A stretch of 64,000 bases of DNA from Myxococcota bacterium (GTDB lineage Bacteria > Myxococcota_A > Polyangia > Fen-1088), in NCBI GenBank assembly GCA_025934105.1, contig JAICYS010000002.1, positions 2,239 to 66,238 of the forward strand, read 5' to 3'. Positions 32,997 to 45,144 of the stretch are shown here, in pieces. The notes beneath the pieces are model-generated. The model searched no databases. It was not told where the DNA came from and worked only from the letters and a program-made list of their open reading frames with translations. A program made the translations under genes and the position numbers. Position 1 is the stretch's first letter. The number at the start of each line of letters is the position of its first letter.

Positions 32997-33701
32997 ATGT
33001 TCACCGGAATCGTCGAAGCGACAGGCACCATTCAATCGATCGGCCGGGCCGCCCCCGAGGCTGCGACGGCGCGGCTGACCGTGTCGACCGCGCTGGATCT
33101 GTCCGGCGCCGCGCTGGGGGCCAGCATCGCCGTCGACGGCGTCTGCCTGACCATCGTCGATCGGGACGCCGGCCGCGGGCTGTTCGCGGCCGACCTGGGC
33201 CCGGAGACGCTGGCGCTCACCACCCTCGGCGGGCTGGAGCCCGGGGCGCGCGTCCACCTCGAGCGGCCGCTGCGCCTCGGCGACGAGCTGGGCGGCCACC
33301 TGGTCAGCGGTCACGTGGACGGCGTGGGCACCGTCGTCGCTCGGCGCGAGAACGGCGCCGCGCTGGACCTGGAGATCTCGGCCCCGTCCACCGTGGCGCC
33401 CAGCTTGGCCGTCAAGGGGTCCGTCACCGTCGACGGCGTCAGCCTGACCGTGAACACCCTGTCCGACCTCGCCGCGGGCGCGATTTTCGGCGTCACCCTG
33501 ATTCCGCACACCGTCGCCGTGACCAAGCTGGCCGACAAGCGCGAGGGATCGACGGTGAACCTGGAGGGCGACCTCATCGCCAAGCACGTCCAGCGGTTGC
33601 TCTTGGCCCATCTGGCGGGGGGGCGCGACGGCACCGACGGGCGCACGCCGGCCCGCCCCCTGTCGGCCGATCCCCTGCGGAGGTCCGGCATTGTCGGCTG
33701 A
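32997..33701 (+). CDS. ribE: Riboflavin synthase
   Basis: Tracked ORF 32955..33701, with the start moved to ATG 32997 ([12 protein letters not shown]...[12 protein letters not shown]...[10 protein letters not shown]...[12 protein letters not shown]). Confidence 0.9.
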   Translation: MFTGIVEATGTIQSIGRAAPEAATARLTVSTALDLSGAALGASIAVDGVCLTIVDRDAGRGLFAADLGPETLALTTLGGLEPGARVHLERPLRLGDELGGHLVSGHVDGVGTVVARRENGAALDLEISAPSTVAPSLAVKGSVTVDGVSLTVNTLSDLAAGAIFGVTLIPHTVAVTKLADKREGSTVNLEGDLIAKHVQRLLLAHLAGGRDGTDGRTPARPLSADPLRRSGIVG

Positions 33702-34908
33702 GGGGGGCGCCGAGGATCGCGACGCGGCGGTCACCCGCGCGCTGGAGGCGGTCCGTGCCGGGCGCATGGTGATCCTGGTCGACGACGAGGACCGTGAAAA
33801 TGAAGGCGACCTGACCATGGCCGCCGACCTGGTCACGCCCGAGGCGATCAACTTCATGGCCCGGGAGGGGCGCGGCCTCATCTGCCTCTCCATGACCGAA
33901 GAGCGGGTCGCGCAGCTCGGCCTGCCGATGATGACGGCCGACAACCAGGCGCGGCACCACACCGCGTTCACGGTCAGCATCGACGCGCGCCACGGGACCA
34001 CCACCGGCATCTCCGCGCGCGAGCGGGCGGAGACCATCCGGGTCGCGGTGTCGCGGGACGCCCGGCCCGACGACCTGGTGATTCCCGGGCACGTGTTCCC
34101 GTTGCGGGCGCGGCGGGGCGGCGTCCTCGTGCGCTCGGGGCAGACCGAAGGCTCCGTCGATCTGGCCCGGCTGGCGGGACGCGAGCCGGCCGGGATCATC
34201 TGCGAGATCATGCGCGAGGACGGCGAGATGGCGCGCATGCCGGACCTGGTCGAGTTTTCGCGGCGGCACGATCTGCCGATCGTGAAGATCGCCGATCTCA
34301 TTCAATACCGGCTGTCGCGCGAGATGCTGGTGCGGCCGGTCGCCGAATCGAAGGTCCGCCCCCGGCTGGGCGGCGTCGGCAGCGAGTTTCGGGGCGTGGT
34401 GTACGCCACCGACGTGGAAGAGACGGAGTACATGGCCCTGGTGCTGGGTGAAGTGGCCGCCGATCGGCCGGTGCTGGTGCGCGTGCAGACCGCCGCCACC
34501 TTGCGCGACGTGTTCGGCGCCACCGCCAGCGACGACGACCAGGCCGCGACGGTCTCGCTGCGGATGATCGAGGAGGCGGGGGCGGGGATTCTGCTCTACG
34601 TCCTTCCGCGCGGGCGCGTGAGCATGGCCGCCGAGCTGCGCGCCTTCGCGGGCGCCGTCTCGCCCGGTGCTGGCGACGCGGCCCGCCCGGCGCGCGCGCC
34701 GGCGCTGACCGACATCGGCCTGGGGGCGCAGGTGCTGGCCCATCTGGGCGCGCGCCGGGTTCGCCTGCTCACCAACCACCCGCGGCGCATCGTCGGTCTG
34801 GCCGGCTACGGCATCGAAGTGGTCGAGTGCCTCCCGATCCAGTCGCCGGCCCGCCTGGTTTCGCTGCGCGACGCGCAGGACGCCGGCGGCGGCAAGAGGT
34901 CGGCGTGA
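33691..34908 (+). CDS. ribBA: RibBA-type protein: DHBP synthase domain + GTP cyclohydrolase II-like domain lacking the zinc cysteines (RibBX-like)
   Basis: ORF 33691..34908 (TTG start). The DHBP synthase part is canonical ([11 protein letters not shown]...[10 protein letters not shown]...GHVFPL...[11 protein letters not shown]). In the C-terminal domain the segment aligned to E. coli RibA HSECLTGD..SLRCDCG reads [20 protein letters not shown], with no Cys. Confidence 0.85.
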   Translation: MSAEGGAEDRDAAVTRALEAVRAGRMVILVDDEDRENEGDLTMAADLVTPEAINFMAREGRGLICLSMTEERVAQLGLPMMTADNQARHHTAFTVSIDARHGTTTGISARERAETIRVAVSRDARPDDLVIPGHVFPLRARRGGVLVRSGQTEGSVDLARLAGREPAGIICEIMREDGEMARMPDLVEFSRRHDLPIVKIADLIQYRLSREMLVRPVAESKVRPRLGGVGSEFRGVVYATDVEETEYMALVLGEVAADRPVLVRVQTAATLRDVFGATASDDDQAATVSLRMIEEAGAGILLYVLPRGRVSMAAELRAFAGAVSPGAGDAARPARAPALTDIGLGAQVLAHLGARRVRLLTNHPRRIVGLAGYGIEVVECLPIQSPARLVSLRDAQDAGGGKRSA

Positions 34909-35420
34909 GCGAGCTCGCCAGCAAGACGTCGTCCTACGGGACCGGCGCGCGCGCGCACGAAGGCGCGCTGCAGGCCGGGGGTCGCCGGTTCGCCGTCTGC
35001 GCCGCGCGCTTCAACGACAACGTCGTGGGCCGGCTGGTCGCCGGGGCGCGCCTGGCGCTGCGCGAGGCCGGGGCGGCCGAGGGAGACGTCGAGCTGTTTC
35101 GCTGCCCGGGCGCCATGGAGCTGGGCGGTCTGGCCCGCCGCCTCGTCGACAGCGGCCGTTTCGCCGGCGTCATCTGCCTGGGCGCCGTGATCCGCGGCGG
35201 GACGCCGCACTTCGACCTGGTGGCGGGCGAAGCCGCGCGGGCCATCGGCGCGCTGGCGGCCGAGGGGCGCGCTCCGGTGTCGTTCGGCGTGCTCGCCTGT
35301 GACACGCTCGAACAGGCTTTGGCGCGCTCGGGAGAGAAAAAGGAAGACAACCGCGGGTACGATGCCGCGATGGTGGCCGTCGAGATGGCCGATCTGTACG
35401 CGCAATTGCAGTTGAGGTAA
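34905..35420 (+). CDS. ribH: 6,7-dimethyl-8-ribityllumazine synthase
   Basis: Tracked ORF 34827..35420, with the start at GTG 34905 (GTGA overlap with the previous stop). FAVCAARFNDNVVGRLVAGA...CPGAMELG...VICLGAVIRGGTPHFD matches RibH. Confidence 0.9.
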   Translation: MSELASKTSSYGTGARAHEGALQAGGRRFAVCAARFNDNVVGRLVAGARLALREAGAAEGDVELFRCPGAMELGGLARRLVDSGRFAGVICLGAVIRGGTPHFDLVAGEAARAIGALAAEGRAPVSFGVLACDTLEQALARSGEKKEDNRGYDAAMVAVEMADLYAQLQLR

Positions 35421-35422
35421 CG

Positions 35423-35890
35423 ATGGTCGGTCCCCGTCGCAGATCGCGCGAGATCGCGCTGCAGATTCTTCATCAGCTCGACCTGGGCGGTGGCCCGGTC
35501 GGGGACGCCAAGCAGATGATCGCGCGCTACTTCGCGCACCTCGCCGCCGACAGCGCGCCCGTGACCGACGAAGAGGAGCCGTCGGTGGGCACCCCGCGCG
35601 TCGACCACGAGCTGGTTGAAGAGCTGGTGCGGGGAGTGACCGAGCACCGCGCCGAGATCGACGGCCTGCTGACCGGGCTGTCGCGCAACTGGCGCCTCGA
35701 GCGGATGGCGGTGGTCGAGCGCAACATCATCCGGATCGCGCTTTACGAGCTGCGGTACGCGCCCAACGTTCCGGTGGCCGTGGTCTTGAACGAGGCCGTC
35801 GAGCTGGCCAAGCGCTACGGCACCGCCGAGGGCGTTGCGTTCGTGAACGGGCTCCTCGACCGCGCCGCCGGCGAGCTCCAGCGCGGTTAG
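35423..35890 (+). CDS. nusB: Transcription antitermination factor NusB
   Basis: ORF 35423..35890 (155 aa). RRRSREIALQILHQLDL...ERNIIRIALYEL...VVLNEAVELAKRYG matches NusB. Confidence 0.9.
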   Translation: MVGPRRRSREIALQILHQLDLGGGPVGDAKQMIARYFAHLAADSAPVTDEEEPSVGTPRVDHELVEELVRGVTEHRAEIDGLLTGLSRNWRLERMAVVERNIIRIALYELRYAPNVPVAVVLNEAVELAKRYGTAEGVAFVNGLLDRAAGELQRG

Positions 35891-36022
35891 CGCCCCAGCG
35901 CAGTTCGGTCAAACGGACAGCGGCTGACAAACCGGCCCCATGGCGAAGCGCCGTGCCGACAAGCGCGGCCGAGACGGTCGCCGCCGGGGGCAACCTTTTC
36001 AGCGAGAGCCCGAAACCTGGCC

Positions 36023-36376
36023 ATGGACCCCCCTTTCGCCCCCACGCGCCGCCGCGATCTCCGCCGCGAGGTCACCGGCTCGGAAGCCCTTCTCTGGTCC
36101 CACCTGCGCGGGCGCCGCCTGGGTGGGTTCAAGTTCCGCCGCCAGCACCCCTGCGGCCCGTTCATTCTCGACTTCTTCTGCCCGGATCGCCGCCTCGCCA
36201 TCCAGATCGATCACGGGCCGCCTGTTCAGACGGATGCGCAGCGCCGGGATCGCCGCCGCTCGGAGTTCCTGGCCGCCCGAGGCATCGCCCTGTTCCGGTT
36301 CGGCGCCGGTCAGGTGCTGGCCAACACCGACGCCGTCCTGACCACCATCGCCTTCGCGCTGGGGACGGAGGTCTGA
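36023..36376 (+). CDS. DUF559 endonuclease-domain protein (Vsr-like fold)
   Basis: ORF 36023..36376 (117 aa). SEALLWSHLRGRRLGGFKFRRQHPCGPFILDFFCPDRRLAIQID...RSEFLAARGIALFRF follows the DUF559 pattern. Confidence 0.75.
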   Translation: MDPPFAPTRRRDLRREVTGSEALLWSHLRGRRLGGFKFRRQHPCGPFILDFFCPDRRLAIQIDHGPPVQTDAQRRDRRRSEFLAARGIALFRFGAGQVLANTDAVLTTIAFALGTEV

Positions 36377-36429
36377 AGGGATGCCGGCGAAAATTTGCAC
36401 CGCGGCTCTTCCGGTCCGAGCATGGGGAG

Positions 36430-37329
36430 GTGGCGCCGACCCTGGACGTGGGGATCCAGCAGTTTCTCGATCACCTGCGGGTCGAGCGCGAGCTGACCCC
36501 CGCCACCGTCGAGGCCTATGGCCGGGACCTGGCGGGCTTCGCCCAGTTCGCCGCCGGACGGACCGTCTCGCGCGCGGACAAGGTCGGCGCCATGGACGTG
36601 CTCGATTTCCTGGTGCACCTCAACGAACGCAAGCTCTCGGCGCGCTCGCAGGCCCGGCGCCTGGTCGCTCTCCGACAGCTCTTCCGCTTTCTCAAGAGCG
36701 AGCGCCTCATCACCGTCGATCCGACCGAGGACATCGACCTGCCGCGCTTCGGCCGCAAGCTGCCGGACTATCTGACCATCGACGAAGTGGATCGCCTGCT
36801 GGTGGCTCCCGATCGCCGGACGGTGCGAGGTCTGCGCGACGCCTCGATGATCGAGCTCCTCTACGCCACCGGCTTGCGGGTCTCCGAACTGGTCAAGCTG
36901 CGCGTACGCGACCTGAACTTCGACGCCGGTTATCTGATGGCGACCGGCAAGGGACGCAAGGAACGGTTGGTCCCGGTGGGGGAGGCGGCTCTGCAGGCCG
37001 TGCGGGCCTACGTCGACGGGGCCCGCGCCGGTTTCGCCGGAACGCGCGCCGTCGACGTGCTGTTCCTGACCCACCACGGGCGGGCCATGACCCGGCAGGG
37101 ATTTTGGAAGCTGCTGGGCAGGTACGCGCGTGCGGCGGGAATCCGCAAACCGATCTCACCGCACAAGCTGCGGCACTCGTTCGCCACCCACCTGGTCGAG
37201 CGGGGCGCCGATCTGCGCGCCGTCCAGGCGATGCTGGGCCACGCCGACATCGGCACGACCGAGATCTACACGCACGTCTCGCGCGCGCACCTGCGCGCGG
37301 TCTACGACCGCTTCCACCCGCGCGCCTGA
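36430..37329 (+). CDS. xerD: Site-specific tyrosine recombinase XerD
   Basis: This is the tail of tracked ORF 35953..37329. There is no ATG, so the start is at GTG 36430, giving 299 aa. IQQFLDHLRVERELTPATVEAYGRDL, ATGLRVSELV, HKLRHSFATHLVERGADLRAVQAMLGHADIGTTEIYTHV match XerD. Confidence 0.85.
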   Translation: MAPTLDVGIQQFLDHLRVERELTPATVEAYGRDLAGFAQFAAGRTVSRADKVGAMDVLDFLVHLNERKLSARSQARRLVALRQLFRFLKSERLITVDPTEDIDLPRFGRKLPDYLTIDEVDRLLVAPDRRTVRGLRDASMIELLYATGLRVSELVKLRVRDLNFDAGYLMATGKGRKERLVPVGEAALQAVRAYVDGARAGFAGTRAVDVLFLTHHGRAMTRQGFWKLLGRYARAAGIRKPISPHKLRHSFATHLVERGADLRAVQAMLGHADIGTTEIYTHVSRAHLRAVYDRFHPRA

Positions 37330-37436
37330 CCTATGCACGAACGGCAATGCCGTTCACGTCGGCGGTCGAATGACCGCCGGCCCGCGAACTGGGAAGGGGC
37401 CGGCGCTTCCGATCTCCGCGGATCCCGACACTCGAG

Positions 37437-37472
37437 TCCGGTCCCGTTCTCGGCCCGGCTTCGCCATCCGGC
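37437..37472. repeat. 36-nt intergenic repeat element, copy B
   Basis: tccggtcccgttctcggcccggcttcgccatccggc matches 12914..12949 at 34 of 36 positions. It lies between the xerD stop and the convergent gene 37506..38600. Confidence 0.85.
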
Positions 37473-37505
37473 CGGCTCGCCGGCCGCGACCGAACGGCGT
37501 GGGGA

Positions 37506-38600
37506 TTAGGGGTAGGCCGGCGTCGTGGTGCTGGCCGCCGGACAGCTGGTGGTCAGCACGTCGTCGGTCGCCCCGTAGGCGAAGTTCGCGGTCCCTCCTT
37601 GCGCGGTTTGTGCCGCCCAGACCGCCGCGGCGGGTGCAGCCGAGTAGTAATGGTTGTTGCCGTCGGCCGGCAGATCGGTCACGTACGCGTAGGCGCTGTT
37701 CCACGCCTGCCGGGCCGCGTTCAGCAGCGCTTGCGTGTCGCCGGCGTCCGAGGAGGCGTGGTGAACGATGCTGATGAAGTGCCCCGGATTGTACTGATAG
37801 CGCGCCCAGGCCGGGAGCTGCCCGTTGTTGCCCATGAAGCTGGAGGCCGCGTCTTCCTGGACCACCACGTAATTCCAGCCGTCCACGCCACCGGCGCCCA
37901 GGCGCAGCACGCAATCCAGGTATCCGCGCATGTACGTGTCCGCGGTGGTTCCCCAGTTGAAGATCGCCCGCCCGGGCGCGGTCGGTCCGATCTCTCCGAC
38001 CGCGGGTCCAGACCAGGTCGCGTACTGCCCCGCCTGCAGCGCGATGTACTCCGCCTGTGGGACGCCGTCGGCGGTCTGGCGATAGGCAGAGTCGAAGAAG
38101 AAGCCATTCAGTTCCGTCAGCGGGTTTCCGTCGTCGACGTAGTTTTCCGCCCAGGCGCGCATGTCGGCGACGATGTCGCTGGTGGGCCGGTAGGCGGTGG
38201 TGCTGCCGTTGGTGACGCGACCGATCCAGACGTAGCCGAACACCTTGATTCCCTGCGCGCGCAGGTAGGCGATCTTGTCGTGCACGTAGGTGCTGCGCGT
38301 CGGCCCGGGGCCGCCGCCGATCGCGCACCCGCCGTCCTGTTGATTCTTCCGGCCGGTCGAATCGCACCCGGCGTTCACGATCGCGATCTCCGGCAACAGC
38401 GAGCGATGCCCGGCGCTGATCTCGGCGAACGAGGCGTCGCCCTGCGCGTCGGCCGAGAAGTAGGCCGGGACCATCAAGCCGCCGGCCGCCGCGCTCATGA
38501 AGGCCGACTGACTGGACTGCAGCTCGGTCTGGATGTCGCCTCCGGCGCACCCAAGGCAGGCCGTCACCAGCACCAGCACCACCGACGCTACACGACGCAT
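37506..38600 (-). CDS. Lipoprotein, spherulation-specific family 4 (spherulin-4)-like
   Basis: ORF 37506..38600 (364 aa). The signal peptide plus lipobox is VLVLVTACLGC. IAIVNAGCD...KIAYLRAQGIKVFGYVWIG...NGFFFDSAY...IFNWGTTAD recalls the spherulin-4 family layout. This is recognised by eye, at moderate confidence. Confidence 0.6.
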   Translation of the reverse strand: MRRVASVVLVLVTACLGCAGGDIQTELQSSQSAFMSAAAGGLMVPAYFSADAQGDASFAEISAGHRSLLPEIAIVNAGCDSTGRKNQQDGGCAIGGGPGPTRSTYVHDKIAYLRAQGIKVFGYVWIGRVTNGSTTAYRPTSDIVADMRAWAENYVDDGNPLTELNGFFFDSAYRQTADGVPQAEYIALQAGQYATWSGPAVGEIGPTAPGRAIFNWGTTADTYMRGYLDCVLRLGAGGVDGWNYVVVQEDAASSFMGNNGQLPAWARYQYNPGHFISIVHHASSDAGDTQALLNAARQAWNSAYAYVTDLPADGNNHYYSAAPAAAVWAAQTAQGGTANFAYGATDDVLTTSCPAASTTTPAYP

Positions 38601-38921
38601 CGCCGTTTTTGTTTAACCACTGTCACCGTCGAGAACCAGAACGCTCCAAATCCGCGATCATCGCGTCACCGAAAAGGAGCCAAGGATCCTCGATCGACCA
38701 AGCTGCGGAAATTACGGCTGCGACCCGATTCAGTGCCCACAGCCAGTTGCTGCATAAAGCTCCCGGACTTCGGCGGGCGGGAGAGGGGCGCGCCGGGTCG
38801 TGCGGCGCAAGATCCGCCGGCGGCCCGGCGCGGGATGGGGTGTTCAGTTCACAGTTGTGGCGGCCGGCATCGGGGCCGGGCCGGTTTGACACGTGCCCGA
38901 GCGCTGCTCAGACTGCGCCCG

Positions 38922-39947
38922 ATGTCTCCGGCGGTCCTCTCGGCCGACGCGGTGAAGGCCGCGGCGCGCGGCTGCCGGTTCACGCTGGTGGGGTTGGCGC
39001 CAGCCGAGGCCCTGGATCCCACTCCCTTGCGTGCCTGGCTGGACGCCGGGTACGCCGCCGACATGGACTGGATGCGGCGGCGCCTCCCCGAGCGGCTGGA
39101 TCCCGGCGCGGTGCTGCCCGGCGCCCGCACGGTCATCGCGCTGGCCATCGCCTATCATCGGCCACCGCAGGAACAGGGGCCGATCGCCCGCTATGCGCGC
39201 GGGCGCGACTACCATTACGCCCACCGCGACCGGATGCAGGCGCTGCGCAAGCGGCTGCTCGAGCTGGATCCCACCGTCGAGACCTACGCGGCCGTCGACA
39301 CCGGGGTGGCGATGGAAAAGGTCTGGGCCGAGCGCGCGGGACTGGGCTGGATCGGCAAGAACGGTTGCCTCATCAACCCCAAGCTGGGGTCCTGGCTGAC
39401 GCTGTCCGTGATGTTCCTCGATCGCGCCGTCGATGCGTACGACCGCCCTCACGATCGGCGGTGCGGCGCCTGCTCGGTGTGCCTGACGGCCTGCCCCACC
39501 GGGGCGTTTCCGTTGCCGGGCGTGGTCGACGCCCGGCGCTGTCTTTCGTACCAGTCGATCGAGAATCGCGGGGCGGTCCCCGAGGGGTTGCGGCCCGAGT
39601 TTCAAAACCGGATGTTCGGGTGCGACGTCTGCCAGGAGGTCTGCCCCTGGAACCACCGCCCCCAGCCCGAAGGCGACCCGCGGTTTTCGCCGCGCCCGCT
39701 CTCGGCGCTGAGCGCCGCGGAGGTGGCGGCCCTCAGCGCCGAAGACTTCGCCAGGCTGGCCGCCGGGATGGCCCTTGCCCGGTCCCGCCACGACGGGTTG
39801 AGACGCAACGCGCTCTACGCGATCGGTGGCGCCCGCGACCGCTCGGCGCGGGCGGTGGTGGACCGCTTGGTCGACGATCCGTCGGAGGTCGTTCGCGACG
39901 CCGCCCGCTGGGCGCAAGGCCAGATCGACCGGCCAGAGGGCGAGTGA
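38922..39947 (+). CDS. queG: Epoxyqueuosine reductase
   Basis: This is the tail of tracked ORF 37599..39947, with the start at ATG 38922. IARYARGRDYHY, GLGWIGKNGCLINPKLGSWL, CGACSVCLTACPTGAF and FGCDVCQEVCPWN (two 4Fe-4S motifs) are present. Confidence 0.9.
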   Translation: MSPAVLSADAVKAAARGCRFTLVGLAPAEALDPTPLRAWLDAGYAADMDWMRRRLPERLDPGAVLPGARTVIALAIAYHRPPQEQGPIARYARGRDYHYAHRDRMQALRKRLLELDPTVETYAAVDTGVAMEKVWAERAGLGWIGKNGCLINPKLGSWLTLSVMFLDRAVDAYDRPHDRRCGACSVCLTACPTGAFPLPGVVDARRCLSYQSIENRGAVPEGLRPEFQNRMFGCDVCQEVCPWNHRPQPEGDPRFSPRPLSALSAAEVAALSAEDFARLAAGMALARSRHDGLRRNALYAIGGARDRSARAVVDRLVDDPSEVVRDAARWAQGQIDRPEGE

Positions 39948-39948
39948 G

Positions 39949-40524
<576 letters not shown>

Positions 40525-40607
40525 GGGCTGCGGAGCATACTCGCGGGCCGCCGACTTGTGGCCCATGGCAAGTTGGCTACGATCCGCTACGATCGGGGGC
40601 CGGGACG

Positions 40608-40960
40608 ATGCCGAAGCGGCGGGACGACAAGGAAGACGACCTCGGGACCCTGACGAAGCCGCCAGAGCTCGAGCGCGACACCGCGACCAAGAAAAAGGTC
40701 GAACGACCACCCCTTTACGAAGTTCTGCTGCACAACGACGACTACACGACGCAAGAGTTCGTCGTCTACGTCCTCATGAAGTACTTCCAGCACGACGCCG
40801 CCACGGCCCGCAAGATCATGCTGCACGTCCACACGCGGGGCATCGGCGTGGCGGGCGTCTACCCGTTCGAAATCGCGGAGACGAAGGTGCACCAGGTCCT
40901 GCAGTTCGCCCGTGAAAACGAAATGCCTCTTCAGGCATCTCTAAGAAAGAGTCCAGAAAC

Positions 40961-40964
<4 letters not shown>
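40608..40964 (+). CDS. clpS: ATP-dependent Clp protease adaptor ClpS
   Basis: ORF 40608..40964 (118 aa). PPLYEVLLHNDDYTTQEFVVYVLMKYF...ARKIMLHVHTRGIGVAGVYPFEIAETK matches ClpS. Confidence 0.9.
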
Positions 40965-43342
<2,378 letters not shown>

Positions 43343-43403
43343 TCGGCGGTATGCCGGCCGCCCACCTGCCAAGGTGACGCGGCCGCGCATACCGAGCAGG
43401 CTG

Positions 43404-43438
43404 GAAGGGGCCGGGCGCACCACGCGCCCGGCCCCTTC
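43404..43438 (+). terminator. Stem-loop terminator after the clpC-like 3' end
   Basis: gaaggggccgggcgc-accac-gcgcccggccccttc forms a perfect 15-bp stem with a 5-nt loop, 62 nt after the stop at 43342. There is no T-tract, which is common in high-GC actinobacteria. Confidence 0.6.
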
Positions 43439-43507
43439 GTCTGCCGGCAGACCCCGGCGGCGCCGTGGCGAGGCGCCGTGTGCCACATCACGCCACGTCC
43501 CACGGGG

Positions 43508-43560
43508 GAATCATCGCGAGGTTTCGGACGTCCTACGGGCATGCAACCTCGCAATGATCC
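43508..43560. repeat. Imperfect 16-bp inverted repeat with 21-nt spacer upstream of the PAP2 gene
   Basis: gaatcatcgcgaggtt (43508..43523) pairs with aacctcgcaatgatcc (43545..43560) at 14 of 16 positions. Confidence 0.6.
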
Positions 43561-43612
43561 CTCGCAGGGTGTGGCGACCCGCCCGGGGCCGCGCGTCGGG
43601 GAGACTGTCAGC

Positions 43613-44500
43613 ATGGATCCCGCCGGCGAGCCGCCTCGCACCCTTCGTGGGGAGGCGCCCCAGCCGCTCCGGCCGGCCCAGGGTGGGCGACGCCAGGGAC
43701 GGGGACGGCTGGTCGGGGAGGCGGCGCTGGCAGGTCTGGTCGCCCTGGCCCTCTTCGTCGTGACGGCGTATGTCGCGCTGCGCACCTACGAGGGTCAGCG
43801 GGTCGACCGCGAGGCGATGTTCGCCGTCAGCGGTCCCCAGGACACGGTGCAGAACGCGCACGAGGTGCTCAACACCGTCTCGGTCGGGACGGTGGCGCTG
43901 GTCGTGCTCGGTTGCATGGTGCTGGCGCTCGCGCGCCGGCGTTGGGCGCTGTCCATTGCCGCGCTGGTGCTGGTGGCCGGCGCCAACCTCAGCACGCAGC
44001 TGCTCAAGCACGAGCTGCTGTCGCGGACGGACTTCGGGCTCGGCACCCTCAACGGCCTGCCGAGCGGGCACACGACCGTGGTGGTCTCCCTCGCCCTGGC
44101 CGCCCTGCTGGTGTCACCGACCTGGCTGCGAACCCCCGTCACGCTGGTCGGCGCGTGCGCCGCCACGCTGATCGGCGTGGGCACGGTCGTCGCACGCTGG
44201 CACCGCCCGAGCGACGTGATCGCGGCAGTCGCGGTGTGTGTCGTGTGGGCCGCCGTCGCGCTGCTGATCGCGGCCGCCGCGGGCCACGGCTACCGCCGCA
44301 GGCCGGCGCGGCGCGGCCAGGGTCACTGGGTGGCTCTCCTCGGTGCCCTGACGGTGGGGGTGCTGGTGGTTTTCGCCGGCATCCGGCCGAGCGGGTCGCC
44401 CGGCTCACTCGACCTGGTCGTGGGTGCGCTGTCCCTCATCGGCCTGGCCTGCGCCCTCGCGGTGGGCTGGATGTCGCACGTCGCACGCCACCTGGACTGA
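43613..44500 (+). CDS. PAP2-superfamily phosphatase, membrane protein
   Basis: Tracked ORF 43478..44500, with the start moved to ATG 43613. The motifs are KHELLSR, PSGHT and ARWHRPSDV (the PAP2 KxxxxxxRP/PSGH/SRxxxxxHxxxD pattern). There are several TM segments. Confidence 0.75.
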   Translation: MDPAGEPPRTLRGEAPQPLRPAQGGRRQGRGRLVGEAALAGLVALALFVVTAYVALRTYEGQRVDREAMFAVSGPQDTVQNAHEVLNTVSVGTVALVVLGCMVLALARRRWALSIAALVLVAGANLSTQLLKHELLSRTDFGLGTLNGLPSGHTTVVVSLALAALLVSPTWLRTPVTLVGACAATLIGVGTVVARWHRPSDVIAAVAVCVVWAAVALLIAAAAGHGYRRRPARRGQGHWVALLGALTVGVLVVFAGIRPSGSPGSLDLVVGALSLIGLACALAVGWMSHVARHLD

Positions 44501-44648
44501 CCGTGCTCGCTCCAGACTGCTTCGCGGGGGTCGGGAACCGGCCCGGGGTGAGCACAGGGGCGCGTGGGGACGGCCCGTGCTCGTTCCAGACCGCTTCGCG
44601 GCGGTCGGCAACCGGCCCGGGGTGAGCAAAGCCGCCCGGGGTGAGCAC
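44501..44648. repeat. Imperfect tandem direct repeat, ~74-bp period, two units plus a partial third
   Basis: Unit 1 at 44501..44555 is ccgtgctcgctccagactgcttcgcgggggtcgggaaccggcccggggtgagcac. Unit 2 at 44575..44628 is ccgtgctcgttccagaccgcttcgcggcggtcggcaaccggcccggggtgagca. An extra gccgcccggggtgagcac ends at 44648. The region is intergenic. Confidence 0.85.
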
Positions 44649-44781
44649 GGGCGCCACGGGCGAGGTGGAAGTGCGGCGGCCCGTCGTGCTATCTGTGGGC
44701 GAGGTGGCCCGAGTCCGCGGCGCCGCCCCGGACGAGAGCACGCCGTACCCGGACCCGACGACGGCCTGCAGGAGGAGATCC

Positions 44782-45039
44782 ATGTCCGACCCCTCGCAGA
44801 TCGTGCAGGTCCTGGGTGCCCTGCTCATCCTTGCCGCCTTCGCCGGCGTGCAGCTCGGGCGGCTGCGCCCCGACACCTGGTCCTACCTGTGGCTCAACCT
44901 CGGGGGCTCGGCCGTCCTCGCCGTGCTTGCCTGGCAGGGCCGTGACTGGGGGTTCCTGCTGCTGGAGGGCGTCTGGGCCCTGGTCTCGGTGTGGTCCCTC
45001 GTGCGCAAGGCCCAGGGAGTGGAGACCGTCGCCCACTGA
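44782..45039 (+). CDS. Small membrane protein (two or three TM segments)
   Basis: Tracked ORF 44641..45039, with the start moved to ATG 44782, which is preceded by ggaggag. The product is MSDPSQIVQVLGALLILAAFAGVQLG...WLNLGGSAVLAVLAW...LLLEGVWALVSVWSL. Confidence 0.6.
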   Translation: MSDPSQIVQVLGALLILAAFAGVQLGRLRPDTWSYLWLNLGGSAVLAVLAWQGRDWGFLLLEGVWALVSVWSLVRKAQGVETVAH

Positions 45040-45144
45040 GGGCGGCGGACACCGGCCGCTCACCGAGCACGCCGCCCGCTCACAAGGTGGGACCGACCGC
45101 GCGCCACGTCGCACCGACGCCGCCGGTCTGCCTAGGGTGTCCCG

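Noticed and set aside
12914-37472. Possible integrative island bounded by the two 36-nt direct repeats, with the tyrosine recombinase (36430..37329) and the DUF559 nuclease at its right end.
   Set aside because: The interval contains core housekeeping operons: Rieske/cytochrome b, cspA, thiE-thiSG and nrdR-rib-nusB. The recombinase has the canonical XerD length and motifs, not a phage-integrase layout. The repeats are more likely copies of a dispersed element.
38601-38921. 320-bp AT-richer divergent intergenic region, examined for tRNA, small RNA or a hidden small ORF. The track lists 38623..38892 (-).
   Set aside because: I saw no cloverleaf-compatible sequence or T-loop (GGTTCGA-like) motif. 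The tracked ORF is Pro/Arg/Ala-rich with no RBS. The region is most simply the promoter regions for the spherulin-4-like gene and queG.
44501-44648. Possible CRISPR array, given the repeated ~55-nt units.
   Set aside because: There are only two full units, the repeats are imperfect, the single spacer is ~19 nt, no cas genes are nearby, and the repeat is far longer than CRISPR repeats.
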